Positions 16,701 through 25,949 of a DNA stretch of 51,901 nucleotides are shown here, in pieces (the first letter of the stretch is position 1; the number at the start of each line of letters is the position of its first letter). The DNA comes from Bacteroidota bacterium (GTDB taxonomy: Bacteria; Bacteroidota; Ignavibacteria; Kapaibacteriales; Kapaibacteriaceae), in contig JBEBCJ010000134.1 in the NCBI GenBank assembly GCA_041157865.1, forward strand, positions 1 to 51,901, written 5' to 3'. Made by a program: the position numbers and the translations under genes. The notes beneath the pieces were generated by a model. The model did not search any database, was not told where the DNA came from, and saw only the letters and a program-made list of their open reading frames with translations.

Positions 16701-17144
16701 CACGGGAACGGCATACTCTACATCGGGATTGTCCATAAGTTTAGCGCATGCATCAAAAGCGTCAAGGGGCTCAGAATACGTAATGCGGTAGATTCTGTCG
16801 AGTCCGATTCGCGAACCAACGTCGCCATCCTTGATCGTTTCAAATGCAGAATTGATCTCAGTAACGTTCAAGGCGGCAAGGTCCCTGTTTAAGGGGCTTG
16901 CACCAAGAGCTGACTGGTGTTTCATAGCACCACGATAGGCTTTGGTTTTGACAAGGATCATTCCCTGGACATACGTTCCGATCTCAGGGCGCTCAACCTT
17001 GATAGCAGAGGCCGGTCTGATACGTCCATTGGGGAGCGAAACCGCCTCGCGCCGCACCAGGTATGCGTCCTGTCCGGGCAGAAGTCCTGCTGCGGCAGGT
17101 AGCACATGAACGATGATTGCGAGTAAAATGGCTGTGATGCGCAT
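13785..17144 (-). CDS. Secreted multidomain subtilisin-family (S8) peptidase with BNR/Asp-box beta-propeller, Ig-like domain and T9SS C-terminal sorting domain
   Basis: The start is taken at MRITAILLAIIVHVLPAAAG (ATG 17144); the track extension to 17300 has no signal peptide. The S8 triad is present: AIVDSGTD, HGTVVAGC, GTSFASPLAAG. Five Asp-box-like repeats are visible (NGGGSWST, NGGGAWTQ, RGQSWAQ, NGGLNWKA, SGQDWTP). The C-terminus VWPNPAATHVMVTV...IGSYQLLL...LEITR is T9SS CTD-like. Confidence 0.9.
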   Translation of the reverse strand: MRITAILLAIIVHVLPAAAGLLPGQDAYLVRREAVSLPNGRIRPASAIKVERPEIGTYVQGMILVKTKAYRGAMKHQSALGASPLNRDLAALNVTEINSAFETIKDGDVGSRIGLDRIYRITYSEPLDAFDACAKLMDNPDVEYAVPVRIHQLYHTPNDTRYAQQPWLPQMALDKAWDLNKGSATVVIAIVDSGTDWQHEDLTANIWTNPKEIPANNKDDDGNGYVDDVRGWDFVGNITSAEAQSGIIKPDNDARIVTGVSVNDNNGHGTVVAGCSGATTNNAKGVASSGYNCKIIPIKIGSDNPSVRGLLRGYDAIAYAADLGADIINCSWGGPGIDPGAQDIIDYATAKGALVVAASGNDGLNNDSYLQSPSSLDGVLSVGSHGSGNRVSDFSNYGMNVAVYAPGENILSTYHGNQYRGLTGTSFASPLAAGVAGLVKSLHPDWTPEMIYAQLRGTVDMMVGVSAANRPLYWGRINAERALRTNASFTAGDRMPGIMLSSATIGGSATGKITTYDRTTIKIVLKNVLADAASVMVTPTILDGQVKQFTTSSIALGNLARNAEGTASFDVQLDQRFPWYSHSIRVSLAISSGTYTNHEIVEIPVELPTSNAFSMIAAVPGATWDKIDYTDDGSLYATGTYFNQRAMLRAVGANGGLVSPPFTAAALDAVNANLVIIGGQNSGKASVSRSTNGGGSWSTTDISAYATSVVGITMFDATNGIVVGNPVAGKFGIGRTTNGGGAWTQATGSPISTTNETIIPGSVSAWGDAVWFGTSTGRVIYTLNRGQSWAQGSLGVSGAKIVSIAFRDSTNGVLLYRTSSANDAPYRTAYSANGGLNWKAVAVDINTWGVTPIMVAANPGHHLLVCSKGETFASDNSGQDWTPVLSKPVSGVRATAANVVSRPSIVFCGNEIALLQYRYAGVNGPKLPIFTTTEVAFGNMEPGQNRTRTATVRNNGTSDLTISAFDIVPQGTTPTAAFSITTPPKTTVLAGSTITIPLRCTASDTGSYSAKLRVSSNGTPAVIELPLTARVLIPTSVQEDQLAMGAVQVWPNPAATHVMVTVGAPSHVRVVTLEGKIAVSLPVEAGTTSIPLDGLPIGSYQLLLQHGMAVRSTTLEITR

Positions 17145-17404
17145 TTTTTGGGGTCCAGGTAGTATGAAACACGTGGTTCGAGACGAAAATCGACCCTGCA
17201 TGTTACAGAATTTGCCGTAGCCACGAAAAAAAAGCACAATTTTGCAGCTCGTGGTGTAACCTTCTCCGAGCAGATGGTTTCTTCCCCTTAGAGTCAGCAC
17301 ACCAGCATCGAAACTGGTTAAACCAAACAGTCATCGAGATGCGTCTGATTCACCACACACGACAAGGCAATTACTCACCAACCTTTTTTTGAAGGGGTAC
17401 AGTT

Positions 17405-18163
17405 ATGAAGAAGAACAATGTTTTCAAGGCATTCGCCCTTGCAGCGTTCTCTGCAGCAGCACTCGGACTGACAGCATGTTCAGACTTTGGAACATGTCCA
17501 GCAGATCCGTCAGCAATCACCATGGAATTGCCAACAACATTCGAGTTGAACGGCACTCCTACAGAGTTCACGGATGCAACACTCGAAACGCCGATGGCAG
17601 TCGAAGTACGTCCTGATAAGGACAAGCGTGTACGCAGCCCGTTCGATCGTCTGCTTGCAGCTCTCAATCTGACAGACGAGCAGAAGGCGCAAGTTGCTGC
17701 GCTTCAAGAAGCTCATAAGGCATGTGCAACAGCAGCACTCGAAGCACTTCGTGCAGCAGAGCGCGCCCTGCTTGCCAAGGCGAAAGCCGAAGTAGAAGCT
17801 GTAAAGGCAGAAGTTGCCGCAGGTACAAAGACGAAGGAAGAAGCTCGCGCAGCGATCCGTGAGATCAACAAGGCAACACGCGAAGCCCTCAAGAACCTTC
17901 CTGAGCGCGCCGCCGCACGTGAGGCAATGAAGGCCTGTGACGATGCATTCCTGACTGGAATTCGCAGCATTCTCACAGAAGACCAGATTGTGATCCTCGA
18001 GAAGTTCCTTGCAGACCGCGCCGCTCGCGGAGATCGTAAAACAGATGGCGGCAAGGGCCCACGTGATGGTGACGACAAGGGTCCACGCGATGGCGATAAG
18101 GGCGGTAACACTGGCGGTGATAGCACAGGTACAGGTCCAACCGGTGGTCGCGGTCGCGGTTAA
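17405..18163 (+). CDS. Lipoprotein with two LTXXQ motifs (Spy/CpxP/ZraP-like periplasmic helical protein) and a Gly/Asp-rich repeat tail
   Basis: Lipobox in MKKNNVFKAFALAAFSAAALGLTAC. LTDEQ and LTEDQ motifs sit in Ala/Glu/Lys-rich helices. The tail is GKGPRDGDDKGPRDGDKGGNTGGDSTGTGPTGGRGRG. Confidence 0.75.
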   Translation: MKKNNVFKAFALAAFSAAALGLTACSDFGTCPADPSAITMELPTTFELNGTPTEFTDATLETPMAVEVRPDKDKRVRSPFDRLLAALNLTDEQKAQVAALQEAHKACATAALEALRAAERALLAKAKAEVEAVKAEVAAGTKTKEEARAAIREINKATREALKNLPERAAAREAMKACDDAFLTGIRSILTEDQIVILEKFLADRAARGDRKTDGGKGPRDGDDKGPRDGDKGGNTGGDSTGTGPTGGRGRG

Positions 18164-18198
18164 TCCAACCCCGACATTACCGACAACGTAAACAAAAT

Positions 18199-18231
18199 GA
18201 TGCCCATCGTTGCACTGCAGCGATGGGCATC
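18199..18231 (+). terminator. Terminator-like hairpin after the LTXXQ lipoprotein gene (no U-tract)
   Basis: GATGCCCATCG-11 nt-CGATGGGCATC is a perfect 11-bp stem, 36 nt after the stop codon. No T-run follows, so it may be a structural or processing element rather than an intrinsic terminator. Confidence 0.35.
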
Positions 18232-18250
18232 GTCGTAGATTGCACTCTGT

Positions 18251-19030
18251 ATGATGAATCTCTTTTCTGCGTTCGGTCGCATCGTTATAGCCATACTCTC
18301 CGAGGTAGGACAGATCGTCCAGCTTCTCGGCAATATCATCCGCTACTTCCCGCGAGTCTTTGCCGATAGGGGGCTGGTGCTCGAGCAGATGAAGATCGTC
18401 GGTGCCGACTCGCTCCCGCTGGTTATCCTTGTGGGGTCATTCACCGGCGCTATCGCTGCGCTTCAGGCAACGAACTTGTTCGCCAAGTTCAATCTTATCG
18501 GCATCGCACGCCCTTTCATTGGAGGGTCAATTGCCACGGTTGTCTTTACCGAACTCACACCAGTGCTTACCGCACTTGTGATCGCCGGTCGCGTGGGCGG
18601 TGCGATCGCCGCCCAGATTGGTACAATGAAGGTGTCCGAGCAGATCGATGCCCTTGACATGATGGCCATCGATAAAGCGAGATACTTGGGCATGCCTCGC
18701 GTGATGGCTGCGATTACGATGATGCCCGTCTTGGCCGTATTCTCAAATGCAGTGGCCTTGGTAGGTGCGTACGTTCTTACGCGTATAGAATTCGGATTTA
18801 GTATGCCGCTGTTCTTCATGTCGATCCAGCAATTCTTTAGTGTGGAAGAGATCATGCGGGGCGTATTCAAATCGTTCGTGTTTGGAGGATTTACAGCCCT
18901 GATAGGATGCCATGTTGGCTTCCAGACCGATGGTGGTGCAGAGGGCGTCGGTAAGTCAACGGTTCGGGCATTTACGATATCGGCTGCCAGTATTCTTGTG
19001 ATCGATGCACTTTTCGGTATCATTCTCTAG
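18251..19030 (+). CDS. mlaE: MlaE/Ttg2B-family ABC transporter permease
   Basis: 259 aa. The multi-TM architecture and sequence are typical of MlaE (GADSLPLVILVGSFTGAIAALQ..., TMKVSEQIDALDMM). Confidence 0.85.
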   Translation: MMNLFSAFGRIVIAILSEVGQIVQLLGNIIRYFPRVFADRGLVLEQMKIVGADSLPLVILVGSFTGAIAALQATNLFAKFNLIGIARPFIGGSIATVVFTELTPVLTALVIAGRVGGAIAAQIGTMKVSEQIDALDMMAIDKARYLGMPRVMAAITMMPVLAVFSNAVALVGAYVLTRIEFGFSMPLFFMSIQQFFSVEEIMRGVFKSFVFGGFTALIGCHVGFQTDGGAEGVGKSTVRAFTISAASILVIDALFGIIL

Positions 19031-19161
19031 AGTAGCACACCACCTGACTGCCATTATGGCTTATTTCGTGAAGAAATGACAGCCCCCTCGGTGCCCCTTT
19101 GCCATCTTTTCACTTGTTGATGGCACTTCGACCCTCTATTTTCGCGTCCCGGTAAACAATG

Positions 19162-19188
19162 TTAGCACTCGCACATGAAGAGTGCTAA
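19162..19188 (+). promoter_or_regulatory. CIRCE operator (HrcA binding site) upstream of groES
   Basis: TTAGCACTC-gcacatgaa-GAGTGCTAA is a perfect match to the TTAGCACTC-N9-GAGTGCTAA consensus, 66 nt upstream of the groES ATG. A possible sigma-70-like promoter, TTGTTG-N17-TATTTT, lies at 19114-19142. Confidence 0.9.
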
Positions 19189-19253
19189 CAAATCGTCAAT
19201 GCCGAACACACAAACATCAATAACATGTTTCACTCGTATTTCTGGAGAACTCT

Positions 19254-19541
19254 ATGAGTTTGACGCCATTGCACGATCGCGTGCTTGTAAAGCCTGCCGA
19301 GGCTGAAGAAGTAACTAAGGGCGGCATCATCATCCCTGACACAGCCAAGGAAAAGCCTATGCAGGGCTCAATCGTTGCTGTGGGAGCAGGTAAGCAACTC
19401 GAAAGCGGATCTGTTACGCCGATGCAGGTCAAGGTTGGAGACAAGGTATTGTACGGCAAGTATGCCGGTACAGAGATTAGCATCGACGGAGAGGACTATC
19501 TGATCATGCGCGAAGCCGACATCTTCGGCATCGTGAAGTAA
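19254..19541 (+). CDS. groES: Co-chaperonin GroES
   Basis: 95 aa. Contains [36 protein letters not shown]...[13 protein letters not shown]. Confidence 0.97.
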   Translation: MSLTPLHDRVLVKPAEAEEVTKGGIIIPDTAKEKPMQGSIVAVGAGKQLESGSVTPMQVKVGDKVLYGKYAGTEISIDGEDYLIMREADIFGIVK

Positions 19542-19559
19542 TGCCAGCCCCTTTCATAA

Positions 19560-21218
<1,659 letters not shown>

Positions 21219-21242
21219 GATCGTTAAGCAGATAAGATTTTC

Positions 21243-21280
21243 GGGGCCGAGTGGAATAATGCCGCTCGGCCCCTTCTGTT
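21243..21280 (+). terminator. Rho-independent terminator after groEL
   Basis: GGGGCCGAG-13 nt-CTCGGCCCC is a 9-bp GC-rich stem followed by TTCTGTTT, 25 nt after the groEL stop. Confidence 0.7.
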
Positions 21281-21319
21281 TATGGTTGTATGGTAGAATG
21301 CAGGTGCTAATTTCGTTCT

Positions 21320-21730
21320 ATGGGTTACTCCTCATGGTATTCTGCAGTTGCAAAGACAACATCGCGCATCACCGGCAGACCTATTGTGTTTGTCTCTGCG
21401 GTAACGCTGATACTGGCCTGGATGGTTACTGGCCCCATTTTTGGGTTCAGCGACACCTGGCAGCTGGTGATCAATACTGCTACAACAATCCTAACGTTCT
21501 TAATGGTGTTCTTGATCCAGAACACGCAGAATCGAGACACTGAGGCAATACATCTCAAACTCGACGAGCTGATCCGTGTCACGCAAGGAGCTCACAATGC
21601 CCTGATGGACCTTGAGGAGATGGAGGAATCACAGCTAGATGAGTTTCGACAGAAGTATGAGGCGCTTGCTCAAAAGGCACGTTTAGATATCGAATCGGGC
21701 GATTCAGATACCGGCGCACCAGATGTGTAA
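21320..21730 (+). CDS. Low-affinity iron permease family protein (PF04120-like)
   Basis: 136 aa. Contains WMVTGPIFGFSDTWQLVINTATTILTFLMVFLIQNTQNRDTEAIHLKLDELIRV, the conserved core of this small membrane protein family. Confidence 0.8.
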   Translation: MGYSSWYSAVAKTTSRITGRPIVFVSAVTLILAWMVTGPIFGFSDTWQLVINTATTILTFLMVFLIQNTQNRDTEAIHLKLDELIRVTQGAHNALMDLEEMEESQLDEFRQKYEALAQKARLDIESGDSDTGAPDV

Positions 21731-21812
21731 TGTAAGATTCGTAGACACTTTCTAATTTTAGGCACTGTACAACACCGGTTATCTAGCTCACGTCTTTTTC
21801 ACCTCATCCGCA

Positions 21813-22469
21813 ATGACATACTTCGACGCACATTCGCATCGTCGTTCTGCCGACCCTTCGACAACCACTCTTGTTTGTGTCCGCATTAATGCGTTGACAG
21901 AGGTATTCGAAACCGATGGTATCTGCACGGTAGGGCTGCATCCGTGGGACGTCACAGAAGATTGGCGCGATATTGTTGAGATCGTCGAAGACCTTACCCA
22001 AGAGGAGCTTGTTAAAGGAATTGGTGAGGTGGGATTAGACAGATCGTGCAATGCGCCATGGCAGCATCAAGTTGATGCTTTCGAATACATAGCAGACATG
22101 GCAGAGCGTGTTTCAAAGCCCCTTGTGATCCACTGTGTTAAGGCACATGATGAGCTGCTTCGTGTCCATAAGTTCGTTAACCCTGTTCAGCCGTGGGTTC
22201 TGCATGGATTCGTTAAAGGTGCCGACCTTGCTCGCCAGTGTCTCGATGCTGGTATGTACCTATCGTTCGGGCCTGCAGTCTTCAAAGAATCGGCCTCTCT
22301 GATCGAAGCACTCAAGATCTGTCCGTCGGATCGGTTGTTGGTAGAGACAGACGACGAAGATGCGTCGATCGCACAGGTTTATGCTTCCGTTGCAAACGTG
22401 CGCGGTATCACCACAGAGGAGCTATGCGCGATCCAGCAGCAGAATTTCGAAACCGTCTTCAAGCGATGA
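21813..22469 (+). CDS. TatD-family metal-dependent hydrolase
   Basis: 218 aa. Contains FDAHSH at the N-terminus, GEVGLDRS, LVIHCVKAHDE, VLHGF, YLSFG and LVETDD. Confidence 0.85.
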   Translation: MTYFDAHSHRRSADPSTTTLVCVRINALTEVFETDGICTVGLHPWDVTEDWRDIVEIVEDLTQEELVKGIGEVGLDRSCNAPWQHQVDAFEYIADMAERVSKPLVIHCVKAHDELLRVHKFVNPVQPWVLHGFVKGADLARQCLDAGMYLSFGPAVFKESASLIEALKICPSDRLLVETDDEDASIAQVYASVANVRGITTEELCAIQQQNFETVFKR

Positions 22470-23194
22470 CCGATGCGGGATGGACTTCCCGCACGCGGTT
22501 GATCCTGGGTGATGAAGCAGTCGATAGATTCGCTCAACGAAATGTCCTTGTTGTTGGTCTTGGCGGGGTAGGCTCATTTGCTGCTGAGTTCATAGCGCGC
22601 GCAGGTGTTGGACGCATCACCATCGTTGATGCTGATGTCGTTGACCCGTCAAACCGAAACCGTCAGCTCCCTGCCCTACGAAGCACCGAGGGTAGATTTA
22701 AGACCGAAGTGATGCGGGAGCGTCTGCACGACATCAACAAGGACCTTCAGCTTACAGTGATTCGGGAGTTCATCACCCCGCATAGCGTTGATCGTCTGCT
22801 GGCCGGATCGTTTGATTATGTCGTTGATGCAATCGACTCACTAGCTCCCAAAGTGGCTCTTCTCCATGCAGCGCATCGCCTCGGATTTAAGGTTGTCAGC
22901 TCGATGGGGGCAGGGGGCAAGATGGACCCCACAATGATCCGGATTGCCGATATCGCACAATCACAGAAATGTCCACTCGCCCGATTCGTACGTAAGCGTC
23001 TGCATCGTGTGGGAATCTATGAGGGCATTACCGCTGTCTACTCCCTCGAAGAAACCGAGCACGGCTCTCTGATGTTCACCGACGGTGCCAACAACAAGAA
23101 GTCTGCATTCGGCACCGTGCCCTACATACCTGCAGCATTTGGCGGTGCATGCGCCAGCGTTGTCATACGCGACCTTGCAGGGAAGTTCACGTGA
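22466..23194 (+). CDS. tcdA: tRNA threonylcarbamoyladenosine dehydratase (ThiF/E1-like, TcdA/CsdL)
   Basis: The ATG at 22466 overlaps the TatD stop (ATGA); the track start at 22238 is an in-frame artefact. Contains RTRLILGDEAVDRFAQRNVLVVGLGGVGSFAAEFIARAGVGRITIVDADVVDPSNRNRQ. Confidence 0.85.
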   Translation: MTDAGWTSRTRLILGDEAVDRFAQRNVLVVGLGGVGSFAAEFIARAGVGRITIVDADVVDPSNRNRQLPALRSTEGRFKTEVMRERLHDINKDLQLTVIREFITPHSVDRLLAGSFDYVVDAIDSLAPKVALLHAAHRLGFKVVSSMGAGGKMDPTMIRIADIAQSQKCPLARFVRKRLHRVGIYEGITAVYSLEETEHGSLMFTDGANNKKSAFGTVPYIPAAFGGACASVVIRDLAGKFT

Positions 23195-24198
23195 TGCATG
23201 TTCACATCGTTGGTTTCGGTATCGCCGGCGCGTTGCTCGCACGCGAGCTTCTTTTGCGTGGCGTGCGTGTTACAGCTAATGATAGAGCTAACTCCGAGAG
23301 TTCATCCCTGGTGGCCGCGGGAATGATCACACCCATTACTGGCAAGCGGCTCAAGCCAACGTGGCGTGGTCCTGAGCTGTCGATGATCGCTAAACACGTG
23401 TATCAGCAGGTAGAACAGGAGGCTGGACGCCGGGTCTGGCACGACTGGGTGCTTCGTCGTGTGTTTCGCGAACCACAGATGCAGACATGGTTCGATGAGC
23501 GCCGGTCAAGAAACGAGTTCGATCACCTTGATGTGCATGCTATTGTACCAGGTGTGCACGGTGGCACAAACTTCCAGTACGGAGGCTTTGAGCATGCTGG
23601 TGTGGCAACAGTGGACCTCAGGGTATTCATTGAGCATGTGGCCACGCAGGTAGGGTTCACATCTGAGGTACAGACACAAGCAGACGCCGTGGTTTGGTGC
23701 ACGGGGTACCAGGCTCTCTATCATGAGCTTTGGTCGTGGCTGCCTATCGAACCGTCGAAGGGCGAGATCCTGGATGTTGTGATCAAGGATTTAGATATCG
23801 ATTACATCCTAACCAACGGAACGTGGATCCTTCCGGTGATCGAGGGCGGACAGCGTGTTGCCGGCCATTACAGAATTGGAGCAACACACGACTGGGATGA
23901 TCACGATCCTATGCCCACGATGGCGGCGCGTGAGCATCTTCTCGAGCAGGTTACGTTGATGATCGATACAGAGATCACGGTGATCGGACACCGTGCCGCG
24001 ATACGACCTTCTACGCAGTTTAAACGTCCACTCGCAGGACACCACCCGAAACACACGTCGAGCTTTGTCTTCACAGGACTAGGTACCAAAGGTGCTCTGC
24101 AGGGCCCCTGGGCTGCTCAACAGCTGGCCGGGCATATGGTCAATGGCGCGCCCCTTGATCCCGAAATCGACTGTCAGCGCTGGTGGAAGGAAGACTAA
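23194..24198 (+). CDS. DAO-family FAD-dependent oxidoreductase (possible MnmC oxidase-domain analog)
   Basis: The ATG at 23194 overlaps the tcdA TGA by 1 nt. The N-terminal dinucleotide fold is MHVHIVGFGIAGALLARELLLRG. 334 aa with DAO-like length and layout. Function is inferred only from context. Confidence 0.8.
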   Translation: MHVHIVGFGIAGALLARELLLRGVRVTANDRANSESSSLVAAGMITPITGKRLKPTWRGPELSMIAKHVYQQVEQEAGRRVWHDWVLRRVFREPQMQTWFDERRSRNEFDHLDVHAIVPGVHGGTNFQYGGFEHAGVATVDLRVFIEHVATQVGFTSEVQTQADAVVWCTGYQALYHELWSWLPIEPSKGEILDVVIKDLDIDYILTNGTWILPVIEGGQRVAGHYRIGATHDWDDHDPMPTMAAREHLLEQVTLMIDTEITVIGHRAAIRPSTQFKRPLAGHHPKHTSSFVFTGLGTKGALQGPWAAQQLAGHMVNGAPLDPEIDCQRWWKED

Positions 24199-24755
24199 TG
24201 GAAAACGCCCTTTCTCTTGTAGGCCGCAGACTTCGAGAGATAGTCAAGGCTGGAGACGTTGCCATAGATGCTACAGTTGGGAACGGACACGACACAAGGC
24301 TGTTGGCAGAGTTAGTGGGTCCTCAAGGCGTTGTCTATGGTTTTGATCTACAGCTGATGGCACTCGAGAGTGCGCGTCTGGCTACTGCAGACTGTTCTGC
24401 GACCATCAGATTCGTACATGCCGGCCACGAGATCATGGTAGAGCATGTTGATGAGAAGCATGTTGGTGAAGTATCGGCAATTGTGTTCAACCTGGGCTAC
24501 CTTCCGGGTGGAGACAAATCGTTAACGACAACTGCTAAGACAACCACGCTTGCCATAGCAGCCTCCCTTGCACTGCTGCGCAAGGGAGGTGTGATTACAG
24601 TTGTATGCTATCGCCATCCCGAGGGTGAGCGCGAACTATCTGCCCTGCGGAACCTTCTGCATACATTGCCGCAATCCGAATATGTCTGTATGGAAACGTC
24701 ATTCGTCAACCAACGCGGGAATCCTCCGGTGGTTTTCGTTGTTCTCAAACAGTAA
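24198..24755 (+). CDS. mnmM: SAM-dependent methyltransferase of the YtqB/MnmM family (tRNA nm5s2U34 to mnm5s2U34)
   Basis: The ATG at 24198 overlaps the upstream TAA by 1 nt. It closely resembles B. subtilis YtqB as I recall it: IDATVGNGHDTRLLAELVG, AIVFNLGYLPGGDKSLTT, HPEG, NPPVVFVV. Confidence 0.8.
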   Translation: MENALSLVGRRLREIVKAGDVAIDATVGNGHDTRLLAELVGPQGVVYGFDLQLMALESARLATADCSATIRFVHAGHEIMVEHVDEKHVGEVSAIVFNLGYLPGGDKSLTTTAKTTTLAIAASLALLRKGGVITVVCYRHPEGERELSALRNLLHTLPQSEYVCMETSFVNQRGNPPVVFVVLKQ

Positions 24756-24773
24756 TCACATTGGAGCCATACC

Positions 24774-25307
24774 ATGAAGACACTACTTTTTTCACTTCTT
24801 GCCCTCATCACCATGAACACAACGTTCCATGATCTCAGTATCACGACAATAGACGGGGCTCCCCAGTCCTTGTCTGCATACAAGGGCAAGGTTGTCCTTG
24901 TCGTTAATGTTGCCTCATTCTGCGGGTATACAAAGCAGTATGCGCCGCTTGAGAAGCTCTATGAACAATACAAAGACAAGGGGCTTGTGGTCCTTGGCTT
25001 CCCAGCAAATGATTTTGGTGCCCAGGAGCCGGGTACAAACGAAGAAATCAAGCAGTTCTGCTCTGCAAAATTCGGTGTCTCGTTTCCTATGGCTGCCAAG
25101 ATCTCTGTCAAGGGAAGCGACAAGGCGCCGGTATACGAGTTCCTGACATCCGGCGGCGGGAACGCAGCTCTTGCCGGCGAGATCGGTTGGAACTTTGAAA
25201 AGTTTCTCATCGGAAAAGACGGCAAGATTATCACTCGTTATAAGAGTGGCGTCGATCCTCTGGCTGCTAATGTGATCGCGGACGTCGAAAAGGCTCTGGC
25301 GCAGTAA
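24774..25307 (+). CDS. Glutathione peroxidase (Cys type) with N-terminal signal peptide
   Basis: 177 aa. Contains VVLVVNVASFCGYTKQY, LVVLGFPANDFGAQEPG and WNFEKFLI. The active-site residue is Cys (TGC), not Sec. Confidence 0.9.
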   Translation: MKTLLFSLLALITMNTTFHDLSITTIDGAPQSLSAYKGKVVLVVNVASFCGYTKQYAPLEKLYEQYKDKGLVVLGFPANDFGAQEPGTNEEIKQFCSAKFGVSFPMAAKISVKGSDKAPVYEFLTSGGGNAALAGEIGWNFEKFLIGKDGKIITRYKSGVDPLAANVIADVEKALAQ

Positions 25308-25331
25308 GTCGATTCTGTAAGTTCGCAGCGT

Positions 25332-25949
25332 ATGGTATCTCTCAATACGCTGCTCAATATCCCGTGCCGATTAGTGCTGGCCTCGCAATCGCCGCGACGC
25401 AGTGCGCTGATGCGGCATGTTGGTTTTTCGTTTGATACGATTGTTCCAAACGTCGACGAAGACAGCGTACCAACAAGTATGCAGCCTTCGCTGTACGTCG
25501 AACACTTGGCCCTGTTGAAGGCCTCAGCAGCCGCAGCAATGGTCTCCGAGAACGCCATCATAATCGGCAGTGATACAACGGTTGTGCTGGACGGAGCCGT
25601 GCTCAACAAGCCGCGCGATGCGTCCGACGCCTGCCGCATGCTTCGGAGGCTCAGTGGACGAACCCATACGGTACATACCGGCCTGGCACTCGTTCATACT
25701 GGTCACCCTGCAAAGCATGTGCGAGTCTCATCACGTGCCACCCATGTAACGTTTCGAGAGCTCAGCGACAGCGAGATTCAGGCCTACGTAGCATCTGGTT
25801 CGCCCCTTGACAAGGCGGGTGCGTATGGGATCCAGGATGATTTTGGTGCGGTGTTTGTGCATCGAGTGGAAGGATGCTACTATACCATCGTTGGGCTGCC
25901 GCTTGAGTTACTCTACACCGAACTGCGTGAACTTGTAAAGGGGCTCTGA
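25332..25949 (+). CDS. maf: Maf-family nucleoside triphosphate pyrophosphatase
   Basis: 205 aa. Contains LVLASQSPRRSALM, GSDTVVVLDG, KAGAYGIQD. Confidence 0.9.
   Translation: MVSLNTLLNIPCRLVLASQSPRRSALMRHVGFSFDTIVPNVDEDSVPTSMQPSLYVEHLALLKASAAAAMVSENAIIIGSDTTVVLDGAVLNKPRDASDACRMLRRLSGRTHTVHTGLALVHTGHPAKHVRVSSRATHVTFRELSDSEIQAYVASGSPLDKAGAYGIQDDFGAVFVHRVEGCYYTIVGLPLELLYTELRELVKGL

Noticed and set aside
17145-17404. The 260-nt divergent intergenic region, screened for a small RNA, riboswitch or repeat. It contains CCACGA-22 nt-TCGTGG and an A8 run.
   Set aside because: Only a weak 6-bp inverted repeat is present and no recognisable RNA family signature. It most likely just holds two divergent promoters.
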